A stretch of 64,000 nucleotides of DNA, from NCBI GenBank assembly GCA_964453135.1, contig CAYVOL010000001.1:88895-152894 (forward strand), read 5' to 3'. How positions within the stretch are numbered: the first letter of the stretch is position 1; the number at the start of each line of letters is the position of its first letter. Positions 35,738-45,780 of the stretch are shown in pieces. The notes beneath the pieces were generated by a model. The model was given only the letters and a program-made list of their open reading frames with translations, had not been told where the DNA came from and searched no databases. A program made the position numbers and the translations under genes. The stretch is from an uncultured Candidatus Saccharibacteria bacterium. GTDB lineage: Bacteria; Patescibacteriota; Minisyncoccia; UBA6257; UBA9933.

Positions 35738-36655
35738 CTACTTTTCAATTCTTGACTCAATAAAGCTTTTTATCTCGCGATAATCGTTTTGTCCCTTTCT
35801 GGGAACAAGAATATAAGCGGAAGTGGAACTGGCGGAGCTGGAAGCGTCAGCCAAAGAAACGGAAGTAGTCGCGCTTTCCAATAAGCCGGTGGAAAAATCC
35901 AAAGTAATGGTGTTAAAACGGACGACTTTTAATTTGTCAAACAAGGGTAAAAGTTCCTGAAAATTTACATTGCTTTCCAAGCGGCCAAGCTCGGGAGTCA
36001 ATTTTATCACCAAAGCGGTTTTCTGCATAAAATTTAATTCTTTGTATTTTTTGAAAACAGCGCGGATGATTTCCTGCTGATTTTTTTCCCTCAAAAAATC
36101 CCCTTCCGGCGCGAAACGATTTCTCGCCACCCACAAAGCGCGCTCGCCGTTCAAATGCTGTTGGCCGGCTTCCATTTTATAGCCGCTAACCCAGTCAACC
36201 AAAGGAGATGGGAGACTGATGTCAACCCCACCCAACTCATCAACCACTTGCTTGAAAATTCTCATATCTATAACCGCGTATTTATCGGTAGACAAACCGG
36301 TTATTTCCGGCAATTTCTCCAACAGCTCTTTAGTTTTTCCCCGCTCCAGCACTTCGTTGAGCTTAAATTGTTCGTCGCTTAAATCCACATACAAATCGCG
36401 AGGCAAAGATATTATATTGGCTACCCCAATCTGGGGGTGATAGTCAAAAATGAAAATCGCGTCCGCCAAATCCGGAGCGTTGTTAAACCCGACCACCTCT
36501 CCCATTTTTCCAAAAACCACAAAAGTGATGCTGTCTTTTTGAGCAATATCGCTATCTTTCGAAAAAACAAAAATCTTCTTTTGATAAGTCAGCATGGCGA
36601 AAATGGCCATTGCCAATGTCAAAGATAAGAAAATAATCAGTAGTTTTTTACGCAT
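35738..36655 (-). CDS. LCP (LytR-CpsA-Psr) family phosphotransferase
   Basis: N-terminal TM helix; ISLPRDLYV, VVDELGGVDI, GDFLREKNQQ. Confidence 0.9.
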   Translation of the reverse strand: MRKKLLIIFLSLTLAMAIFAMLTYQKKIFVFSKDSDIAQKDSITFVVFGKMGEVVGFNNAPDLADAIFIFDYHPQIGVANIISLPRDLYVDLSDEQFKLNEVLERGKTKELLEKLPEITGLSTDKYAVIDMRIFKQVVDELGGVDISLPSPLVDWVSGYKMEAGQQHLNGERALWVARNRFAPEGDFLREKNQQEIIRAVFKKYKELNFMQKTALVIKLTPELGRLESNVNFQELLPLFDKLKVVRFNTITLDFSTGLLESATTSVSLADASSSASSTSAYILVPRKGQNDYREIKSFIESRIEK

Positions 36656-36795
36656 AAATGCCGTTTAATAATGCTCGCGCTTGAACGCCGTAACGAACGA
36701 TTTCACGCTTGCTTATAAAATACTGGGATTTTTTAAGGCCGTCAACTAATTTTTCTTGTCCCTGTCTGTAATACGTGATATTATTGTCGGTAAAA

Positions 36796-36866
36796 CGGGC
36801 TGTAGTATAACGGCAGTATACACCCTTGGGGTGGGTGCGACCCGGGTTCAATTCCCGGCAGCCCGA
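36796..36866 (+). tRNA. tRNA-Pro(GGG)
   Basis: CGGGCTG/CAGCCCG acceptor stem; CACCC-TTGGGGT-GGGTG anticodon arm. Confidence 0.93.
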
Positions 36867-36885
36867 CAATAATATAATAATTGTT

Positions 36886-37584
36886 ATGCGCACCAAAGAC
36901 GGCTTATGGAAATTGAGTCCCAGCGGGCTTTACGGCTTTCATAAATGCAAAGCTTGTTTTTGGCTGGAAAATCATCACGGCAAGCCCCCCTCTTTGCCCT
37001 GGCTCCTCAACAGCGCCATGGACAGCGTCTTAAAGGCGCGCTACGATTTTTACCGCGAAAAAAATGAATTTCCTCCGGAAATCGCGGCCTTAAAAAAAGA
37101 GGGAATAAAATTTTTCAACGACTCTGATATTTTGAACAAGTGGCGTGGCCATTCTTCGCATCTGAAAATCGTTAATAAAGAAATTGGGTATGAATTGGCC
37201 GGCAAAATAGACGATGTTTTGACGGAAACCGACGACCGCTTAATTCCGGTTGATTTCAAGTCGTCGGGCTACGCTCCAAAAGAGGACAAGAAAAAATATT
37301 ATCTTGACCAGCTCAACGCTTACGCTTTGATGTTTCGCGAACACGGCTATCCGCCATCGGACCGCGCCTTTCTTTTTCATTATTTTGTCAAAAATACAAA
37401 AAATCCCTCTCTTAACGTGGAGTTTGAAAGCCATATTGATTTGGTAAAAATTGAAATTCCTGCTTTGGAAAAGATGTTGGCTGATATCGTAAATCTATTA
37501 AACGGGCATTACCCGGGCGATGATATTGGATGCGAAGCGTGCGTTTATTTTGAAGGAAGAGGCGGGATGAAAAACAAAAAATAA
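36886..37584 (+). CDS. PD-(D/E)XK nuclease (Cas4/AddB-like) with Cys staple
   Basis: LSPS...CKACFW, GKIDD, VDFKS, QLNAY, CEAC. Confidence 0.85.
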   Translation: MRTKDGLWKLSPSGLYGFHKCKACFWLENHHGKPPSLPWLLNSAMDSVLKARYDFYREKNEFPPEIAALKKEGIKFFNDSDILNKWRGHSSHLKIVNKEIGYELAGKIDDVLTETDDRLIPVDFKSSGYAPKEDKKKYYLDQLNAYALMFREHGYPPSDRAFLFHYFVKNTKNPSLNVEFESHIDLVKIEIPALEKMLADIVNLLNGHYPGDDIGCEACVYFEGRGGMKNKK

Positions 37585-37599
37585 ACCCGCTTATGCGTC

Positions 37600-37633
37600 C
37601 CCCGCCCTTTTGGCCGTAGCCAAAAGGGCGGGG
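37600..37633. repeat. Perfect 15-bp hairpin between the nuclease and recombinase genes
   Basis: CCCCGCCCTTTTGGC-CGTA-GCCAAAAGGGCGGGG. Confidence 0.75.
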
Positions 37634-37671
37634 CGGAAGACGAAAAAATCCGTGATAAGAAAAATGGTTAA

Positions 37672-38583
37672 ATGGACATTAATGTTCTCTTAAAAGAATA
37701 TCTTGATTACCTGGAAATTGAAAAAAACCGCTCGCCGAAAACCCGGGCGAATTACGAGCGTTATTTGAAAAAATTTTTTTCTTTCGCCAATATTAAAAAC
37801 GAAAAAGAAATTACCGCTGACGCAGTAAAAGAATTCCGTCTCCATCTTGCCCGCGCGACTCTGGCAAAAAACGATGAAAAAGAATATGAGAAAACAACGC
37901 AAAGTTATTACATTATTGCCCTAAGAAATTTTTTGAAATACCTGATTAAAAATAATTATCTCGTTTTATCGCCTGACAAAATTGAACTGCCGAAAATACC
38001 TCCGCGCCAGATAGAGCCGTTAAGATACGCCGATTTGGAACGATTGCTCTCCTCTCCCCAGGGCGCGGATATAAAATCTTTAAGAGACAAAGCAATTTTG
38101 GAAACATTGTTTTCTACGGGATTGCGCATTTCCGAACTTTGCGCCTTGAACCGCTATCTTGACTTAAAAAGAGGAGAATTGAGCGTACGGGGGAAAGGAG
38201 GAAAACTGCGCGTTGTTTTTCTTTCGGAAAGCGCCCGGGAAGCGATAGCAACTTATCTTGACAAAAGAAGCGACGCGGAGGAAGCGCTTTTTGTCAGTTT
38301 AACCAAAGCAAAAAATCCGAAAATTATTGGCCGGATTATCCCGCGCGCGGTTCAGCGCACTGTTGATTTTTATTCCCGCAAAGCCGGCATTGCCCAGAAA
38401 GTTCATCCGCATCTTTTGCGCCACGGATTTGCCACGGATCTTTTAATAAACGGCGCGGACTTGCGGGCGGTGCAGGAGCTTTTAGGCCACGCCAATATAT
38501 CCACCACCCAAATTTACACGCACCTTACCAACAAAGAACTAAAAGAGGTGCACAAAACTTTTCACGCCCGAAGGAGAAAATAA
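37672..38583 (+). CDS. XerC/XerD-like tyrosine recombinase
   Basis: TGLRISEL, GKGGKLR, HLLRHGFAT, LLGHANISTTQIYTH; N-terminal SAM-like domain. Confidence 0.93.
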   Translation: MDINVLLKEYLDYLEIEKNRSPKTRANYERYLKKFFSFANIKNEKEITADAVKEFRLHLARATLAKNDEKEYEKTTQSYYIIALRNFLKYLIKNNYLVLSPDKIELPKIPPRQIEPLRYADLERLLSSPQGADIKSLRDKAILETLFSTGLRISELCALNRYLDLKRGELSVRGKGGKLRVVFLSESAREAIATYLDKRSDAEEALFVSLTKAKNPKIIGRIIPRAVQRTVDFYSRKAGIAQKVHPHLLRHGFATDLLINGADLRAVQELLGHANISTTQIYTHLTNKELKEVHKTFHARRRK

Positions 38584-38593
38584 AAAATGCTGT

Positions 38594-39472
38594 TCACGAG
38601 AGCATGTAATAACTGCCCGGGCCGGGGTTGCCTATTCTTTTTATCAAGCCGCTGTCGGTTAATTTTTGGAGATAAAATCTGACGGTTCTTTCGCTGATTT
38701 GAGGAAGGGCGGCAATTAATTCGCGGGCGGATATTTTTTCCACTTCTTTTATTTTATTAAATATAACGCTTTGCCAGGAATCGGCGGTGTCTAATGGAAA
38801 CACATCGCTGTTTTGCCGAATGGCCGCGGAATTTTCCATTAGCGCGGATTTCCTTTTATTGATGAGGGTTTTAATATCCAAACCGGCGGCGACCGCTACC
38901 GCACCGCTGCTCGGCCTTCTGACGGATTTGGAATTTTTCGTTTCCTTGTTGCCGCTAAAATAGTTGTCGTCAATCCAATCTTTTTCATCAACGGCGAGCG
39001 GCGTTTGACGGAGAAATTTTTCTTCGTTTATTTCGACGATTTCTTTTGTTTCCTCCGGCAATTTATTGGCGGAGGTTTCTTTGGATTTTTGACGGGAAGA
39101 GCTGAAAATACTCTCAATGTCGGGATGCTCCGGCTTAATCTGAAGAGACTGCTTAATTTCCGAAAGGGCGTTTTGAACAGCCCATGTTAAATTGTTGATT
39201 TCCCGAAAAAGCACCTGCGCGTTAATAATGTTTATTTCCTCCAAAACTTCCGCCAGTTTGACAAGAATTTCCAATTGGGACAAAACATTAAGCTGTTCTT
39301 TGGCGTCTTCCTCTCTTTTTTGAAAATTATGGCTCAGCGCCACCAAATCAACGGCGATGTTTTCTGTTTTCATTTTAAGATTTTCCTGCTTAAACAAAGC
39401 GGCGCAGCGAAAAACTGCCCAGGCGATTTCCAGAGAACGATTTTTAATAAAATTGTGATTGACGGGATTCAT
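38594..39472 (-). CDS. Hypothetical protein with C-terminal winged HTH
   Basis: Helical N-terminus, disordered linker, ISERTVRFYLQKLTDSGLIKRIG. Confidence 0.75.
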   Translation of the reverse strand: MNPVNHNFIKNRSLEIAWAVFRCAALFKQENLKMKTENIAVDLVALSHNFQKREEDAKEQLNVLSQLEILVKLAEVLEEINIINAQVLFREINNLTWAVQNALSEIKQSLQIKPEHPDIESIFSSSRQKSKETSANKLPEETKEIVEINEEKFLRQTPLAVDEKDWIDDNYFSGNKETKNSKSVRRPSSGAVAVAAGLDIKTLINKRKSALMENSAAIRQNSDVFPLDTADSWQSVIFNKIKEVEKISARELIAALPQISERTVRFYLQKLTDSGLIKRIGNPGPGSYYMLS

Positions 39473-39649
39473 TTTTATGTTTTAAGCGCATCTTCCTTCG
39501 CGCCTCCGCCGAAGCGGCTATGAAGGCCAAGCAATACTGCGAAAGGATATATAAATCCGAATTGATATACTTTTACAATAGAAATAATTTTTTTACAAGA
39601 GCCGAAAAGCACTACTCGATTATGGTATAAAGAGTGGCCAACTAGAAAG

Positions 39650-40156
39650 TTAATGGCCTTCATCAATTAGTTTCTGAATGTGAAGAGAGAAATAGCCCTT
39701 ATATTTTTCTTGTAAATCTTTCCGCTTCCAATCCTCGCCGGTGATAATTTTTCGGCAGTTTTCCGCTCCGCACAAGCAATCCATTTTGACATCGCACGTG
39801 TCTGTCATTGCGTAATCAAAAGTGATTTCCTCGCCCGGGTTTATGTCCCGCAAGGCGACCAGCGTTATTTGTCCTTTGATGCCGCAAGTAGGGGCGCAGG
39901 AATGGTTAGTTAAAAAAATAGCGTCAAGATTCTGAAAATCAAAAGGACAAATCACAAAATCTTTTTCTACTTGAAAACAATGATATTGAACCGGTAAAAA
40001 AGCGGGGTTATTGTCTAACTCATCAAGGCTGATTATTTTCCCTCCGGTAATAGCGACGATTTCGTCTTTCTTGATTTTCTCTCGCGCAAAAAGCCCCCGG
40101 CCTTTTTGACCGGCGTTTCTAATTTCTATTTTCGGACTGACGTAGGAATAAAACAT
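39650..40156 (-). CDS. SET-domain protein with post-SET motif
   Basis: GRGLFA, NHSCAP, GEEITFDY, CLCGAENCRK. Confidence 0.92.
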   Translation of the reverse strand: MFYSYVSPKIEIRNAGQKGRGLFAREKIKKDEIVAITGGKIISLDELDNNPAFLPVQYHCFQVEKDFVICPFDFQNLDAIFLTNHSCAPTCGIKGQITLVALRDINPGEEITFDYAMTDTCDVKMDCLCGAENCRKIITGEDWKRKDLQEKYKGYFSLHIQKLIDEGH

Positions 40157-40440
40157 GACAAGGTTCCTGAAAGTTTAATATCGGTGCTGTATTCTTAAAA
40201 TAGTTCGAACGCATTTTTCCAAAAAAATCCCCCCGCGAAAATCCGGAAAGGCGGCAGAGCCACACCGCTGACAATTTCCTGCCTCCGCTAAAGCTACGGA
40301 CGGGCAGGCAAGTTTTTCTTTGGCGGCATTCGATCCAAAAATCCGCGAAGTGAATACAAATGTATTTTATGAAAAAATTAGAAAAAATCCAAAAGAGAAA
40401 GAGGCCGTACCCGTAGGTCGTGCCTCTGTTGCGTGCGAGT

Positions 40441-41028
40441 TCATTTGCTCGCGGCTCTGCGTTTTTGCGTGGCTCGCCACGCATCTGTGATAAACACGAG
40501 CGAGACCAACTGCTGGAGAAAGAGCCACGGGTACCCCTGAATCCACATGAGCCACCCGCAGGTGACGTGCATGAGGACATACCAGAGATAACCGCTTGCT
40601 CGTTCCTTCGCAAGCAGGTAAGTCCCGACCAAGTATCCCACTACGAGACCGACCTCGAGCCACTGATTAATGGTGGTAATGCCACCAAAATCGTAGAAGC
40701 TGCAGCCGAACCCAAGTGGGATGCAGACGAGCGCAAGACGGTCAAGCCAACGCGGCGGACTGCTGATTGTGCCGCGGAGAGCGAGAGCGAGTCCCAGAAA
40801 CATTGCCGGGGCACCGCTCGCTTCCACCGAAGCCGCAATCCAGTTCCGTCGCATTACGAAGATAATTACCCATGGGGGCAGACCGAACATGTACACCACC
40901 CACGAGGCAATCCTCCACTTGCGCGCGTTGGCATTCTTGCCGCCGTTTAGCGTATACTCGGAGAACCAGAGAAAAATCTTGTTGAGGAGGTAGCCGATAC
41001 CTCCCCACACTTGCAGGAAGATATCCAT
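40441..41028 (-). CDS. Membrane protein, possibly PnuC-like
   Basis: About 7 TM helices with an internal repeat; SD AAGGAGG. Confidence 0.7.
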   Translation of the reverse strand: MDIFLQVWGGIGYLLNKIFLWFSEYTLNGGKNANARKWRIASWVVYMFGLPPWVIIFVMRRNWIAASVEASGAPAMFLGLALALRGTISSPPRWLDRLALVCIPLGFGCSFYDFGGITTINQWLEVGLVVGYLVGTYLLAKERASGYLWYVLMHVTCGWLMWIQGYPWLFLQQLVSLVFITDAWRATQKRRAASK

Positions 41029-41308
41029 TCTGACCTCCTTCGAGTTTTTGAATGTGCATTACCACGTCCTCTCGCGTAGCCGAGTTCGCGGAATTACGTA
41101 TTTTCCACAATACTTAAGATTAGCATTTTATACCATAAAAGTCAAACTGCGGCAAGTCGCCGTCTCTCGGGTTCAAATTTGTATTGGATTAAAAAATTTT
41201 CTTTTCTGCTGTTAATGGAATCGGGAATTTCTTTTTGCCCCTAAAACTCCGTGCGATTTAGTCGCCGAGCGCGGGCTTTGCCCGCGCGAGGCATTGACTT
41301 TTCCAACG

Positions 41309-41392
41309 TGGTGCCCGGGGTGGGAGTCGAACCCACATGCCTTGCGGCACTCGATTTTAAGTCGAGCGCGTATACCATTCCGCCACCCGGGC
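41309..41392 (-). tRNA. tRNA-Leu(TAA), CCA encoded
   Basis: GCCCGGG acceptor; CTCGA-CTTAAAA-TCGAG anticodon arm; variable arm. Confidence 0.95.
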
Positions 41393-41398
41393 AAACGA

Positions 41399-41839
41399 TT
41401 ATTCAATTGTTCTTAAAAATTTTTCAATTATTTCCTTGTATCCTTCAACAAAAACATACTTATTGACATCTTTCAGCTCAATCCATGCGAAATTCATATG
41501 TTCGTCGCTGAGTTTGATTTCCCCTCCTTTGTAAATACAGCTGAAGCCGACTAAGAATACGGGCGAGTCGGGATGAGTATACCGCCTCCATGCCGCCGCC
41601 ACGCCTCCTATTTCCAGTTTTATATCATCGCCCAGTTCTTCCGAAATTTCCCGCTGTAAAATTTCTTCAAGCGGCAATTTCGTCTCGCTTTCTAAAATCC
41701 TTCCGCCAGGCAGTTCCCATTGCCCGCCGTTTTTATAGGCGGCTGATTCCTGCAAAATCAAAACCTTTTTCCCGCTTTCATCACTGCGGCAGATAAAGGC
41801 TTTCAGCCCCACCATAAATTTTTGGTTGTTGTCGTCCAT
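41399..41839 (-). CDS. NUDIX hydrolase
   Basis: WELPGGR...LQREISEELG, LSDEH. Confidence 0.9.
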   Translation of the reverse strand: MDDNNQKFMVGLKAFICRSDESGKKVLILQESAAYKNGGQWELPGGRILESETKLPLEEILQREISEELGDDIKLEIGGVAAAWRRYTHPDSPVFLVGFSCIYKGGEIKLSDEHMNFAWIELKDVNKYVFVEGYKEIIEKFLRTIE

Positions 41840-41849
41840 ATTACCGCGG

Positions 41850-41921
41850 AGGCCAGGGAGGGATTCGAACCCTCGCATAGCGGTTTTGCAGACCGCCGCG
41901 TTGCCTCTTCGCCACCTGGCC
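41850..41921 (-). tRNA. tRNA-Cys(GCA)
   Basis: GGCCAGG/CCTGGCC acceptor with U73; GCGGT-CTGCAAA-ACCGC anticodon arm. Confidence 0.95.
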
Positions 41922-41950
41922 GTATCTAAAACAAAATACATCTGCCGGAC

Positions 41951-42289
41951 TTATTCTCCGATTTTATCATCTAAAAGAATCTTTTCAACTTTGGCGGCTT
42001 CCTCCGCTCCTTCGTCTATTTTGAAATAAATCTGCGGAAAATACTGCGTCCTCGCTTTTTTCATCAAAATGCGGCGCAAGTAATTACGGCTTTTATTCAA
42101 AATTTTAAGAACATTTTCTTTTTGCGAAGAAGGAATAACGGAAAATTTTACCGCGGCGCCGGTTAAATCTCCCGATGTTTCCGCTTGGGTTAAAGTTATC
42201 AGAGCGCCGTCAAACTCCATCTCGCGCGCGATAATTTGGGAAAGTTCTTTGAGGATTAAATTATCCAAACGTTCCTGGCGATAGCGCAT
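41951..42289 (-). CDS. rbfA: Ribosome-binding factor A
   Basis: RQERL...ELSQII, ITLT...SGDL, PQIYFKID; downstream of infB. Confidence 0.88.
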   Translation of the reverse strand: MRYRQERLDNLILKELSQIIAREMEFDGALITLTQAETSGDLTGAAVKFSVIPSSQKENVLKILNKSRNYLRRILMKKARTQYFPQIYFKIDEGAEEAAKVEKILLDDKIGE

Positions 42290-42292
42290 AAG

Positions 42293-43777
42293 CTAATTTT
42301 TGAAATACACCAGCTTGTCTTTAACGGCAATGGCGATGCTTGATTCAACCATGACTCCGAATTCATTGGGCGCTTCCACTTGAGTCATTTGTTTTTTCTG
42401 CGACTGCAAACTGACAATTCGGCCGTTTCCCAAATCTGTTCCCTCCCTTTGGATTTTCACCAAGGTATTGTTTTTGATAAAACCGGTTAAAACCTTCCCT
42501 CCGAGCAACTGCTGTTTTCCTTTTTGGCTGAAGAGCGCCAAAATTTCCGCTTCTCCCAAGGGCAAAGGATTTTCAATAAATTTCATTTCCTCTTCTGTTG
42601 ATTTTACCAGTTCGTAAATAATGGGGCTGGTGATGATTTTTATCTTTTGCGCTTTGGCTAAAGTATCCGCCGCCCGGCTGACTTTAACGTTAAAACCGAT
42701 GATGACCGCGCCGGAAATTTCCGCGCTTCTTACATTGCTGTCGCTGATTTCCCCCACTTCTTCCGACAAAATGCTGATGCCGACTTTCTCTTGCGGCAAG
42801 GCGCGGATGATTCCGCCGAGCGCCTCCAAGGAACCGCCGACATCGGCTTTCAAAATTAAATTAAGCATCGGCTTTTTTGCATCCGCCGCAATAACTTCCG
42901 CCGGCGCTTTCTTTTTTACTTCCGGCAAGCGCGCTCCGGCAATATCCAAAGTTTCCAGCTCTACATCGCCGGCAATAAATTCTTCTCCGATTAACGGGAG
43001 AGATTCGAACCCCAAAACTAAAAACGGCGAGGAGGGCTCTAATTGCTCCGCTTTATTTCCCTGAAAATCCTCCAGAATTTTTATTTTTCCGCTGGCGGCG
43101 GAAGTGGCGATTTTGTCTCCTGATTTAAGAACGCCGTTTTTTATTATACCCGTGACGGTAATGCCGCGGCGGCTGTCCATTTTGGCCTCAATAATAACTC
43201 CCCGCGGAGCGGCTTCGGAATTGTAAGTTAAATTTTCTATTTCCGCGGCAAGCAGTATCAAATCAAGCAGTTCATTTATTCCCTCGCCTTTCTTGGCGGA
43301 AATTTCCTGCCAGCTGACGCTGCCTCCGTATCCTTCCAGATATACACCGCTGGCCGACAAGCTGTTTTTTGTTTTTTCAACATCAGCGTTTGACTTATCA
43401 ATTTTATTGATTGCCGCAATAAAAGGCGTGCTGGTTTTTTGAAGAATATCAATGCATTCTTTGGTTTGCGGCTGGACGCCGTCGTCAGCCGCCACCACCA
43501 AAATCGCTACGTCAGCCGCCTGCGCTCCCCGCTCTCTCATTTTGAAAAAAGCTTCGTGCCCGGGAGTGTCGATGAAAGTGATTTTTTTATCATTGTGTTT
43601 TATTTCGTAAGCGCCGATTGACTGCGTAATTCCTCCGGCTTCACGCGCCGCCATATTTGTTCTCCTGATGTAATCAAGCAAGCTGGTTTTTCCGTGATCA
43701 ACATGCCCCATTACCGCGACAATGGGCGGACGAGGCAATAATTTTTCTTCTTTTTTCTTCAAAGTCGCATTTGTCAT
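42293..43777 (-). CDS. infB: Translation initiation factor IF-2 (short form)
   Basis: [46 protein letters not shown]. Confidence 0.97.
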   Translation of the reverse strand: MTNATLKKKEEKLLPRPPIVAVMGHVDHGKTSLLDYIRRTNMAAREAGGITQSIGAYEIKHNDKKITFIDTPGHEAFFKMRERGAQAADVAILVVAADDGVQPQTKECIDILQKTSTPFIAAINKIDKSNADVEKTKNSLSASGVYLEGYGGSVSWQEISAKKGEGINELLDLILLAAEIENLTYNSEAAPRGVIIEAKMDSRRGITVTGIIKNGVLKSGDKIATSAASGKIKILEDFQGNKAEQLEPSSPFLVLGFESLPLIGEEFIAGDVELETLDIAGARLPEVKKKAPAEVIAADAKKPMLNLILKADVGGSLEALGGIIRALPQEKVGISILSEEVGEISDSNVRSAEISGAVIIGFNVKVSRAADTLAKAQKIKIITSPIIYELVKSTEEEMKFIENPLPLGEAEILALFSQKGKQQLLGGKVLTGFIKNNTLVKIQREGTDLGNGRIVSLQSQKKQMTQVEAPNEFGVMVESSIAIAVKDKLVYFKN

Positions 43778-43852
43778 TAGTAAAAACTAACAGAGAAAGA
43801 GCGGGAAAGCAAGAATCGCGGGCAATAAATTTACAAGAATGTCCCAAGACCG

Positions 43853-44323
43853 CTAAACGAATCTTTTCACCATTACCACGTCATAATAAGATTTGGGCAA
43901 AATATCCAAATAGTGCTCCACTACGCCTTGAAGTATTGGGTTAATTTCTTTGTTGTCCGCGGCGTGAATGATGTTTCCATTGCCGGTATAAATTGCCAAA
44001 TGACCGATGTAAATTTTTTTTCCGTTAAACCGAGAATGCCAGTAGTGCCCTTTGGTGCCTTCAAAAAATAAAACATCGCCCGCTTCCATTTGAGATACGG
44101 GGATTTCTTCCCCCATATCAGAAGCGGCCTGCAAAATAGAAGAGCGCGGCAAGCCAACGCCGACTTGCCGGAAAACATATTGACTAAAAGAAGAACAATC
44201 AAAACCGCGCGGCGCTTCTTCGCTGTTTTCCACAAGATAAGCGCCGTATTGATAAGGCACGCCGACAAAACTGCGCGCCAATTTTATTAATTTTTTTATT
44301 TTTTCTTCGCGGGTCATTGTCAT
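43853..44323 (-). CDS. NlpC/P60 (C40) peptidase
   Basis: GVPYQYG, FDCSSF, LPRSS..Q, GHLAIY...IIHA. Confidence 0.9.
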   Translation of the reverse strand: MTMTREEKIKKLIKLARSFVGVPYQYGAYLVENSEEAPRGFDCSSFSQYVFRQVGVGLPRSSILQAASDMGEEIPVSQMEAGDVLFFEGTKGHYWHSRFNGKKIYIGHLAIYTGNGNIIHAADNKEINPILQGVVEHYLDILPKSYYDVVMVKRFV

Positions 44324-44398
44324 GCAACGCCCAGCCTGAAACTTGTATCCTGAAATAGCGAGGCAGGAAACTAATTGCGAGATTCGGGCTGTTTTCAC

Positions 44399-45106
44399 TT
44401 AATTCCTAAAATGCCAGTGCCAAGGTTCAAACGCCATTCCTATTTTATTATTTTTTGGATAAGAAAGGAAAAAATCAAACTGGCGCGCGTTATGAGTAAG
44501 CCAGCCATATTCTTTTGTCTTATAAAAATTTTTTAAATCGGCAATCCCCCGGCAAGGCGCCACGTCAATGCCCTGAATTTTAACACTGCAATGTTCGCTG
44601 TAAGCAGGCAAGCAAGCCAACCGCAATGTTTTTTTCAAGTCAAAGTCATTGCCAACAAATTTAGAAATAAAAAGCATCACCTGAAACGCCGGAGAACGGT
44701 ACCCGGAATAAACATTGATTTCGCGATTGATGTCGCTCTTCATTTTTTTATTAAGCTCGCGGAAGGCAAGGAAATTGTTTTTTGGCAGGAAGTGGGTGAA
44801 TTCCATTATCTTAATTTCCTTCTTGATGATATAACGCTGTCCTTTAATCGACACTAAATTTTTCGGCACCGGTTCAACGCCTAAAAATCGCGCTTTTATG
44901 CCGTAATTTTTCGGATTAATAAGCAAAACAGCGTCTATCAATTTTTTTTCGTCTTTTGCTAAAAAAGAAAAGAGTCGGTCAAAGGTTATCACCCGAAAAT
45001 CATGATTTTTAACAGCTCCCCTTTCTCCCCGCTCGCAGCGAAACTTTTGGGATATTTTTTCCGCGATTAGGCGATTTTCTTTGTCTAAATTTTCAAAATT
45101 AATCAT
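44399..45106 (-). CDS. M15B D,D-carboxypeptidase (VanY-like)
   Basis: SGYRS, SEH, EPWHW. Confidence 0.85.
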   Translation of the reverse strand: MINFENLDKENRLIAEKISQKFRCERGERGAVKNHDFRVITFDRLFSFLAKDEKKLIDAVLLINPKNYGIKARFLGVEPVPKNLVSIKGQRYIIKKEIKIMEFTHFLPKNNFLAFRELNKKMKSDINREINVYSGYRSPAFQVMLFISKFVGNDFDLKKTLRLACLPAYSEHCSVKIQGIDVAPCRGIADLKNFYKTKEYGWLTHNARQFDFFLSYPKNNKIGMAFEPWHWHFRN

Positions 45107-45323
45107 TTCAATATAAAGATAGGTAATGACTATGCTCGTGTCAATCAACGAATTTCATCAACCGAAAGATAAAAGCCCAAAGAAGCCGGAAGATGAAATC
45201 TGGATTAAAAAGTTGCGAGAAAAAAGGGCGTGTTGTAACATAAAACCAGTTCATAGGGACAAATCGTCTTTAACTTACTAAAGCCGCGGCTATACAAAAA
45301 TAGCTCGGCAAGGAGGAAGCGCA

Positions 45324-45665
45324 ATGGGATCCAATGCGGAATTAGAAGAAGCGGGAGGGTCGGCGACGGCGCAAGTGGAGATGTTCGGGCTGTGCGGAGA
45401 AATACTCAACCAACTTCCCCAAGAGACGCAGAAGGACATTCATATCACCATTCACAGGGACTTGATCGCGGAGGTCTTCGTCAGAGAAGGAATGGACAGG
45501 GCAAAAATGACGAAGATAGCCGACATCCAGAAGGTAGTCGGCGATAATAATAACAACGCGGTGGCGGTCAGAGACACATCGGGAAGGATGTACAGATGTC
45601 TCTGCCTGAAAGCCACGGCAGAGACCATCCAGGAGATAGCGACGGCTTTCCTCGCTATCAGATGA
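45324..45665 (+). CDS. Hypothetical protein on a self-contained islet
   Basis: TTGCGA-17-TAACAT promoter, SD AAGGAGG, downstream hairpin. Confidence 0.7.
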   Translation: MGSNAELEEAGGSATAQVEMFGLCGEILNQLPQETQKDIHITIHRDLIAEVFVREGMDRAKMTKIADIQKVVGDNNNNAVAVRDTSGRMYRCLCLKATAETIQEIATAFLAIR

Positions 45666-45682
45666 ATTGCCCCTCGCAACAC

Positions 45683-45714
45683 GTCCAGCGTCCCGCCACA
45701 GCGGGACGCTGGAC
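45683..45714. terminator. Perfect 14-bp hairpin, likely terminator
   Basis: GTCCAGCGTCCCGC-CACA-GCGGGACGCTGGAC. Confidence 0.65.
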
Positions 45715-45780
45715 AAAACTTCCTCAAAAATATTTTCAAAAAACAAATAGCGGAATTTGACGTCTTATTTCCATTAATGA

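Noticed and set aside
36886-38583. Prophage, ICE or casposon at tRNA-Pro
   Set aside because: The recombinase is Xer-sized with housekeeping features; no att duplication, phage, polB or cas1 genes seen
31644-41941. ORFs or ORF extensions overlapping tRNAs (31644..31874, 34164..34301, 36826..36885, 41212..41466, 41840..41941)
   Set aside because: Explained by the tRNA genes; CDS starts were moved downstream
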